From: Corynebacterium amycolatum
GTDB lineage: Bacteria > Actinomycetota > Actinomycetes > Mycobacteriales > Mycobacteriaceae
NCBI RefSeq assembly: GCF_049243625.1
Contig: NZ_CP046975.1
Reading direction: 5' to 3' (one strand)
DNA length: 32,000 nt
In this document: positions 27,272-32,000 of the stretch, piece after piece
How positions within the stretch are numbered: position 1 is the stretch's first letter
How the letters are laid out: every line of letters begins with the position of its first letter
Position numbers and translations under genes: made by a program
The notes under the pieces: generated by a model
The model's input: the letters and a program-made list of their open reading frames with translations, nothing else
The model's database searches: none
What the model was told of the DNA's origin: nothing

Positions 27272-27769
27272 ATGCGACTCACAGATACCCTTGAAAAGGC
27301 ATTCAACGACCAGATCACTATGGAGCTCACCGCTTCGCACGTCTACCGTCAGCTCGCTATCGAGCTGGACCTGCTGGACCTTTCTGGTATGGCAGAGTGG
27401 ATGCGTGCACAGGCGGAGGAAGAAATCGATCACGCCAACCAGTTCATTAACCACCTTGACGCTCGCGACAATCGCCCGCAGATCGGCGCCGTCGAGGCGC
27501 CGGAGGTGAAGGTCACATCCGCTATCGATGCATTCCGCATTGCGCTCGAGCACGAGGAGAAGGTTTCGGCATCTATCCGTAACCTGCGCAACCTTGCTGA
27601 CAGCGAAGGTGACATCGACTCTCGTCCGCTGCTGGATAGCTTCGTAGTTGAGCAGATTGAGGAAGAGGACACCGTCCGCGGCATCATCGGTCGCCTGGAG
27701 ATTCTGGGTGACGATGGCGCTGGCCTGCTGCGCCTGGACAAGGAGCTCGGCGCTCGCGACGCAGCGTAA
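27272..27769 (+). CDS. ftn: Ferritin (non-heme, bacterial Ftn)
   Basis: Ferroxidase-centre residues sit in the expected context: ELTASHVY, AEEEIDHANQF and ALEHEEKVS. The ATG at 27272 follows GGAGGT. The track ORF start at 27155 overlaps the divergent gene. Confidence 0.9.
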   Translation: MRLTDTLEKAFNDQITMELTASHVYRQLAIELDLLDLSGMAEWMRAQAEEEIDHANQFINHLDARDNRPQIGAVEAPEVKVTSAIDAFRIALEHEEKVSASIRNLRNLADSEGDIDSRPLLDSFVVEQIEEEDTVRGIIGRLEILGDDGAGLLRLDKELGARDAA

Positions 27770-27801
27770 CCTCGAGTTCAGTTCACAAATTTGATAGAAA
27801 A

Positions 27802-27842
27802 GACCGCTTCAGGGCTAAGTGCCTGGGGCGGTCATTTCTATT
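27802..27842 (+). terminator. Intrinsic terminator of ftn
   Basis: GACCGCTTCAGG (27802-27813) pairs with CCTGGGGCGGTC (27822-27833), giving 12 bp including two G-U pairs. It is followed by ATTTCTATT. Confidence 0.6.
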
Positions 27843-28002
27843 CAGCTGGAGCCTCAATCGATGAGTCAAACCTAAATTCGTGGAGCTGCCATGGGCTGAT
27901 CATTCATAGTCCTAAGCGAGTGAGCTGCTCAGCAAAGCCCGCCGAATTGGAAAACTTGGCAGCCGAGACGCCCGGTGAAAGACATGTCTTGCTACTTAAC
28001 AC

Positions 28003-28013
28003 GGGGGGGGGGG
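28003..28013. repeat. G11 homopolymer
   Basis: The sequence acGGGGGGGGGGGtaagg has eleven consecutive G in a non-coding spacer. Confidence 0.95.
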
Positions 28014-28048
28014 TAAGGCTCAATGAAATTGGTTGCTTGACTGAGGTT

Positions 28049-28083
28049 AAACGAAAACTCCCTCCCGGATACCCGGGAGGGAG
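28049..28083 (-). terminator. Intrinsic terminator of the tRNA array
   Basis: A perfect 11-bp stem CTCCCTCCCGG (28058-28068) / CCGGGAGGGAG (28073-28083) has a 4-nt loop. On the minus strand it is followed by TTTTCGTTT, 8 nt after the last tRNA-Gly. Confidence 0.8.
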
Positions 28084-28091
28084 TTAGTCTG

Positions 28092-28164
28092 AGCGGATGA
28101 CGGGACTCGAACCCGCGACCCTAACCTTGGCAAGGTTATGCGCTACCAGCTGCGCTACATCCGC
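28092..28164 (-). tRNA. tRNA-Gly (anticodon GCC), copy 1
   Basis: Hand-folded cloverleaf: GCGGATG/TA/GCGC-AGCTGGTA-GCGC/A/TAACC-TTGCCAA-GGTTA/GGGTC/GCGGG-TTCGAGT-CCCGT/CATCCGC/T. No CCA is encoded. Confidence 0.95.
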
Positions 28165-28191
28165 AAATACGTTCGCCCATAAGGGCTTACG

Positions 28192-28266
28192 TGGTGCGCG
28201 ATACTAGGATTGAACTAGTGACCTCTTCCGTGTCAGGGAAGCGCTCTCCCACTGAGCTAATCGCGC
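28192..28266 (-). tRNA. tRNA-Val (anticodon GAC), copy 1
   Basis: Cloverleaf: GCGCGAT/TA/GCTC-AGTGGGA-GAGC/G/CTTCC-CTGACAC-GGAAG/AGGTC/ACTAG-TTCAATC-CTAGT/ATCGCGC/A-CCA. CCA is encoded. Confidence 0.95.
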
Positions 28267-28332
28267 TGGGTTAAAAGCTATATAAAAGCTTTCATGCGCA
28301 ACCCCCTTCTGAGAGAAGGGGGCTTTGCACTG

Positions 28333-28405
28333 AGCGGATGACGGGACTCGAACCCGCGACCCTAACCTTGGCAAGGTTATGCGCTACCAGCTGCGCTACA
28401 TCCGC
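28333..28405 (-). tRNA. tRNA-Gly (anticodon GCC), copy 2
   Basis: Identical to 28092-28164. Confidence 0.95.
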
Positions 28406-28432
28406 AAATACGTTCGCCCATAAGGGCTTACG

Positions 28433-28507
28433 TGGTGCGCGATACTAGGATTGAACTAGTGACCTCTTCCGTGTCAGGGAAGCGCTCTCCCACTGAGCTA
28501 ATCGCGC
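28433..28507 (-). tRNA. tRNA-Val (anticodon GAC), copy 2
   Basis: Identical to 28192-28266. Confidence 0.95.
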
Positions 28508-28539
28508 AATACATCGAAACCGGTAAGGAATCTCTGCTG

Positions 28540-28610
28540 AGGTGGAAACGGGAATCGAACCCGTGTACACGGCTTTGCAGGCCGTTGCCTCGCCACTCGG
28601 CCATTCCACC
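28540..28610 (-). tRNA. tRNA-Cys (anticodon GCA)
   Basis: Cloverleaf: GGTGGAA/TG/GCCG..GGCA/ACGGC-CTGCAAA-GCCGT/GTAC/ACGGG-TTCGATT-CCCGT/TTCCACC/T. No CCA is encoded. Confidence 0.9.
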
Positions 28611-28676
28611 GTGAGGCTGCCGCCTCAGTGGTTGCCTCGAAGTTATACCACAGGGCCTAACTTCTTGAGAAACCAG

Positions 28677-28749
28677 AGCGGATGACGGGACTCGAACCCG
28701 CGACCCTAACCTTGGCAAGGTTATGCGCTACCAGCTGCGCTACATCCGC
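28677..28749 (-). tRNA. tRNA-Gly (anticodon GCC), copy 3
   Basis: Identical to the other two Gly(GCC) genes. It is the first gene of the minus-strand array. Confidence 0.95.
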
Positions 28750-28808
28750 ATCGCGTTGCAAGGAGGGCGAAAAGAAAATCTCAATTGCTCCCTTGCGGTG
28801 CGAAAGAT

Positions 28809-28838
28809 ACTTTAGCGTGATTGTGCGATTGATTACAA
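28809..28838 (-). promoter_or_regulatory. Candidate promoter of the Gly-Cys-Val-Gly-Val-Gly tRNA array
   Basis: The minus strand reads TTGTAA-N18-TAAAGT, about 60 nt upstream of the first tRNA-Gly. This is a motif match only. Confidence 0.3.
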
Positions 28839-29108
28839 ATTACCAGGTGAACATCTGTATTGTCCCTGTGGGCGTAGGGCTAAAGACCAATCTTTGATGC
28901 CTCTGAATCGCAACAATGTCATTTATTCGCTTTCGCGGGTTTGTTACTGGGCGCCTATCGAGTCGCTATCGTCATGGAGTTCCATCGATGCGGTAAAAAA
29001 TCTTCGAACTGCGCAATCGCAAACGCAACGCAACTCAATTAGGGAAATCTCCAAAACGCGTGCTAACTTATTCCGCAGAGCAGCAAAGGCTTAGTGCTTT
29101 TCTGTTCC

Positions 29109-29183
29109 AGTCCCATAGCTCAGTGGAAGAGCGTTCCGTTCACACCGGAAAGGTCGCTGGTTCGAACCCAGTTGGGACTACCA
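29109..29183 (+). tRNA. tRNA-Val (anticodon CAC)
   Basis: Cloverleaf: AGTCCCA/TA/GCTC-AGTGGAA-GAGC/G/TTCCG-TTCACAC-CGGAA/AGGTC/GCTGG-TTCGAAC-CCAGT/TGGGACT/A-CCA. It is divergent from the array. Confidence 0.95.
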
Positions 29184-29190
29184 TTTAAAA

Positions 29191-29237
29191 CCCCGGTCGA
29201 CGCATCGTATAAAAACGGCGCGGCCGGGGTTTTGCTG
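29191..29237 (+). terminator. Intrinsic terminator after tRNA-Val(CAC)
   Basis: CCCCGGTCG...CGGCCGGGG is followed by TTTTGCTGTG. Confidence 0.7.
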
Positions 29238-29265
29238 TGTGACCTGAACTATATTCGTCTCTCTC

Positions 29266-29292
29266 GGGAACTTTTCTGGGCTACCATCCGAC
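29266..29292 (+). promoter_or_regulatory. ECF-sigma-type promoter motif upstream of copC
   Basis: GGGAAC-ttttctgggctaccatc(17 nt)-CGAC lies 77 nt upstream of the copC GTG. This is a motif match only. Confidence 0.35.
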
Positions 29293-29368
29293 AATAGGTA
29301 CAGGGGCAGCGGTCATACTACTGCTGTTCTTCTCGAACTGTCCCGCTTAAAGGAGTTGAACTGTTCTA

Positions 29369-29959
29369 GTGAGTCCCCGGGTCGCTTCAGGCGAAACGTT
29401 TCGGTTCTCAAAGTCGGGTTTCCGACGTGCGGTAGCCGCCGCTGCGGCGCTTGCGGTCTTTGCCGGCGCGTCCGTTATCAATGCAGTCCCTGCGAGTGCT
29501 CATGATTCCGTCCTGTCATCGAATCCAGGCGACAAGCAGGTTCTCGATGAATTTCCGCACCACGTTTCTCTCAAGTTCTCCGGCAACCCCAAGAACAACT
29601 TCAACACCGTTGCAATTAGTGATGCAGATGCCAAGGAAGTCCTGTACTCCCACGAGCCAGAAGTAGTGGGTAATGAGGTCTCTTTGGATATTCCTGAGGA
29701 GATTAATCCAGGGCCTGGCAACTACATTATTGGTTTCCAGATTACCTCCTCTGATGGTCACTCCACCCGAGGAAAGACCTCTTTCTCAGTGGCTGATCCG
29801 GATGCTGCTGGCGCAGCCGAAGCTGGGGCAGAATCTCGTCAAACCGGTGCACACGCCGAGGAAACGAAGTCAATACCGCTATGGGCTTATGGCCTCGGTG
29901 GTGGACTTATCGTCATCATCGCCGCTGTCGTCACCGTTATTAATCGAAAGGCAAAATAG
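29369..29959 (+). CDS. copC: CopC-domain copper-binding protein, secreted with C-terminal membrane anchor
   Basis: 196 aa. The signal peptide ends in VPASA, and the predicted mature N-terminus HDSVLSSNP fits the N-terminal-His Cu(II) site of CopC. ITSSDGHSTRGKTSFSV is also typical. The C-terminal TM helix is LWAYGLGGGLIVIIAAVVTVI. A GTG start is the only option in frame. Confidence 0.8.
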   Translation: MSPRVASGETFRFSKSGFRRAVAAAAALAVFAGASVINAVPASAHDSVLSSNPGDKQVLDEFPHHVSLKFSGNPKNNFNTVAISDADAKEVLYSHEPEVVGNEVSLDIPEEINPGPGNYIIGFQITSSDGHSTRGKTSFSVADPDAAGAAEAGAESRQTGAHAEETKSIPLWAYGLGGGLIVIIAAVVTVINRKAK

Positions 29960-29963
29960 GCAC

Positions 29964-30572
29964 ATGAAACTCAATCGCACTGCAACTGCACTGATTGCTG
30001 GTTCCGCAGCTCTGACCCTTGCTCTAGCAGGTTGCTCATCCGACGATAACACTGCTGCTGAGGTGACTGAGTCCGCAACCTCCGCTGCGACCGAGGCTAC
30101 TTCTGAGATGGAGAAGAGCGATGCTGCTGTACAGCTGGCCGATGCCTACATCAAGGAAAAGCCGGCTGACAAGGGCATGACCGCCATCTTCGGTACGCTG
30201 ACCAACAACACCGATAAGGACATCAAGGTTTCCTCCTTCAAGCTTGAGGGGCTGAAGGAGGGCACGAAGTTCGAGCAGCACGACACCAAGGACGGCAAGA
30301 TGTTCGAGGTGCCGGAAGGTCTGACGATTCCGGCTAATGGCGAACTCGTTCTCGAACCGGGTAGCACTCACTTCATGATCATGGACAATGATGAAGCTAT
30401 GGATGTGGGAGCTGAGTACAAGCTCGTCATTGAGCTTTCCGACGGCTCTAGCATCACCCAGGACGTTGAGGTTCGTGTCCAGCCGGCGGGCGAAGAGGAC
30501 TACGGTAATGACGGTGACCTGAACAACCCAGAGCATATGGGCGGCGGTGAGATGGATCACTCGCACCATTAA
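29964..30572 (+). CDS. Copper chaperone PCu(A)C (DUF461) lipoprotein
   Basis: The lipobox is LALAGCSS. A PCu(A)C-like pattern is present (QHD..GKM...22 aa...GSTHFMIM), plus a His/Met-rich tail PEHMGGGEMDHSHH. The ATG lies 4 nt after the copC stop. The upstream part of the 299-aa track ORF overlaps copC and is rejected. Confidence 0.8.
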   Translation: MKLNRTATALIAGSAALTLALAGCSSDDNTAAEVTESATSAATEATSEMEKSDAAVQLADAYIKEKPADKGMTAIFGTLTNNTDKDIKVSSFKLEGLKEGTKFEQHDTKDGKMFEVPEGLTIPANGELVLEPGSTHFMIMDNDEAMDVGAEYKLVIELSDGSSITQDVEVRVQPAGEEDYGNDGDLNNPEHMGGGEMDHSHH

Positions 30573-30858
30573 TTCTTGTGACAAGTTGGTCAAGCAATGG
30601 CTCGTCGTAAAGCGGGCGTGAGCTCAGGTACGTCGAGGAATTGATTAACTGGATCTAATGGTGGCAGAAGCGCTGGAGTTGGCAGGTTATTGCGGCATAT
30701 GCATCGAACTCCGGCGCCTTTCTTTTTCCGAAAAAGGTTTTCGATACGGTCGAATTGGATAGGCCAGTGGTTGTGTTGAAGCCATTGAAAAATCGTTGGA
30801 TTCCCAGCCACCTTATGTGCTCCAGTTTGAAGTAATCAGAAAGGTAAGAGTGCACAAC

Positions 30859-32000
30859 ATGTCCGAAGGCTTTTCTAGAAGGCGTTTTCTTGGCGGGCTC
30901 GGCACCGCCGCAGGAGCTTCAGCGCTCGCCCTGGGGGTGCCGGAAGCCCAGGCGATTGGGTTGGAACGTCCACAGGAAGAGCCGCCGAAACCGCCTTTGC
31001 AGACAGCAACCGTACCTTTTGATGGGGCTCATCAGGCGGGGATTGCGACGCCCGCACAGGCGAATCTATGGCTAATAGCCTTCAACGTAAAGAAGGGGGT
31101 TAATCGCAATCGTCTCCAAAACCTCATGCGTGCCTGGACCGATGACGCTCGCCGAATGACAGCTGGCAAGGCTACTCGAACGGACTTGGAGCCTGAGCTC
31201 ATGGGGAGTCCGGCCAATCTGACTATCACAGTTGGATATGGGGAAAACTTCTTCACAATCATCGATAGGGAAGACCAGAAGCCCGAGTGGCTGGAGGATC
31301 TGCCAAAGTACGTTAACGATGAGCTCCGCCCGGAGTGGAACGGTGGAGACCTGTGCCTGCAGATTTGTGCGGATGACCCGGTAATGGTCTCCCACGCGGC
31401 CCGAATGATGATCCGAAATTCGGGCTCTTATTTGGACGTCCATTGGGTGCAAGCTGGCTTCCAGCACGCCAATGGTTCTAGGCAGGAAGGCGAGACCCCG
31501 CGCAATCTCTTCGGTCAGAAGGACGGTACGGTCAACCCGCGCACTCGTGAAGAATTCGACAAGCAAGTGTGGATTGACAGTGGCCCGGATTGGTTGCGGG
31601 GCGGTACAGCGATGGTTGTCCGCCGTATCGAAATGGATATTCCAGGCTGGGATGTCTTGGACCGCGAAAGCCGCACTGTTATTACCGGCCGAGATATCGG
31701 CACCGGTGCGCCAATTGGAGGTAAGGACGAGTTTGAGACCGTCGACCTGGCGAAGACTGATGAATATGGTCTGCCTCTGACGGATCCGAACAGCCATGTT
31801 GCACTGTCCATGCCTCCGAAGGAGAAACCTAATCAGCGGATTCTGCGACGGGTCTACAACTATGACCTGCCACCGGAACCGAATGGTCGATTCGAGACCA
31901 ACACCGGCCTGGTATTCATTTGTTTCCAGAAGGACCCGTTGGAGCAGTTCAATCCGATTCAGGAGCGGCTGTCCAAGAACGACCGTCTCAATCAGTGGAT
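30859..32000 (+). CDS. Tat-exported Dyp-type peroxidase (EfeB/DtpA-like), partial (C-terminus beyond window)
   Basis: The frame is open from 30859 to the window end, so it is not in the track. The twin-arginine signal is MSEGFSRRRFLGGLGTAAGASALALG...AQA, and the DyP GxxDG motif is FGQKDGTVNP. An alternative GTG at 30850 has better spacing to GAAAGG. Confidence 0.85.
   Translation, partial: MSEGFSRRRFLGGLGTAAGASALALGVPEAQAIGLERPQEEPPKPPLQTATVPFDGAHQAGIATPAQANLWLIAFNVKKGVNRNRLQNLMRAWTDDARRMTAGKATRTDLEPELMGSPANLTITVGYGENFFTIIDREDQKPEWLEDLPKYVNDELRPEWNGGDLCLQICADDPVMVSHAARMMIRNSGSYLDVHWVQAGFQHANGSRQEGETPRNLFGQKDGTVNPRTREEFDKQVWIDSGPDWLRGGTAMVVRRIEMDIPGWDVLDRESRTVITGRDIGTGAPIGGKDEFETVDLAKTDEYGLPLTDPNSHVALSMPPKEKPNQRILRRVYNYDLPPEPNGRFETNTGLVFICFQKDPLEQFNPIQERLSKNDRLNQW

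Larger units (their letters stand above)
28089..28507. repeat. Direct duplication of a 178-bp tRNA-Val/tRNA-Gly module (period 241 bp)
   Basis: 28089-28266 and 28330-28507 are identical base for base by eye, including the 27-nt Val-Gly spacer aaatacgttcgcccataagggcttac. A unique 63-bp joint separates them. Confidence 0.9.

Noticed and set aside
27791-28087. 98-aa ORF (TTG start) between ftn and the tRNA array
   Set aside because: It runs through the ftn terminator hairpin, the G11 tract and the tRNA-array terminator hairpin. It has no RBS and an implausible composition.
28092-28749. Three identical 73-nt repeats with intervening unique DNA (superficially CRISPR-like)
   Set aside because: The repeats fold as tRNA-Gly(GCC). 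The spacers are of very unequal length and contain other tRNAs, and there are no cas genes.
28428-28897. ORFs of 96, 60 and 71 aa overlapping the tRNA genes
   Set aside because: They are read through tRNA sequences on either strand. The tRNA cloverleaves fully explain the region.
27843-29108. Possible genomic-island or prophage integration at the tRNA cluster
   Set aside because: There is no integrase, no partial duplicate of a tRNA 3' end (att scar), and the flanking genes (ftn, copC cluster) are ordinary chromosomal genes.
30590-30855. 73-aa and 66-aa minus-strand ORFs in the PCu(A)C/DyP gap
   Set aside because: They are mutually overlapping, with no RBS or recognisable motif. They are retained only as part of the unexplained-gap finding.
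30836-30858. DtxR-box-like sequence AAAGGTAAGAGTGCACAAC just upstream of the DyP gene
   Set aside because: It matches only about 12/19 even when allowing degenerate positions, has no dyad symmetry, and overlaps the RBS region. This is too weak to call.
31072-31797. 241-aa minus-strand ORF (and 31515-31811) antisense to the DyP peroxidase gene
   Set aside because: The plus-strand frame carries the Tat signal and the DyP GxxDG motif. The antisense product has no recognisable features.

Overview
GC-rich actinobacterial core chromosome, Corynebacterium/Mycobacteriales type. I support about 30 protein genes, 7 tRNA genes and several terminators and promoter-like motifs. This is the conserved sigA-sigB-dtxR neighbourhood. 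In window order it holds: galE (partial), dtxR, sigB, dtd, an NPPF methyltransferase, DUF3099, DUF3039, an SF2 helicase, DUF4190, a DASS transporter, sigA, ppgK, suhB, a LytR_C/DUF4193/DUF3093/dut/DUF3710 block, a TRAM RNA methyltransferase, rnd, DUF3000, the coproporphyrin-pathway heme genes hemE-hemY(cgoX)-chdC, msrB, an aftC-like GT87 gene, a RibD_C reductase, ftn, a Gly/Cys/Val tRNA array, and a copC / PCu(A)C / Tat-DyP copper cluster (partial at the window end). From memory only (needs checking), the gene order parallels M. tuberculosis Rv2671-Rv2711 and C. glutamicum around cg2078-cg2104. I see no transposases, integrases, prophage genes, CRISPR arrays, defence islands or clearly foreign DNA, and I do not find a convincing undescribed multi-gene system. 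The points worth a second look are small-scale. They are: a base-perfect 178-bp duplication of a tRNA-Val/tRNA-Gly module; a low-GC orphan spacer with a G11 run next to the tRNA array; the secreted copper cluster with an ECF-type promoter motif and an unexplained 286-bp internal gap; DtxR-like boxes in front of ftn; back-to-back apparently leaderless ppgK/suhB promoters; a structured AT-rich inverted repeat between the transporter and sigA; and the charge-segregated repeat-encoded N-terminus of SigA. Long antisense ORFs in the track are treated as high-GC artefacts.
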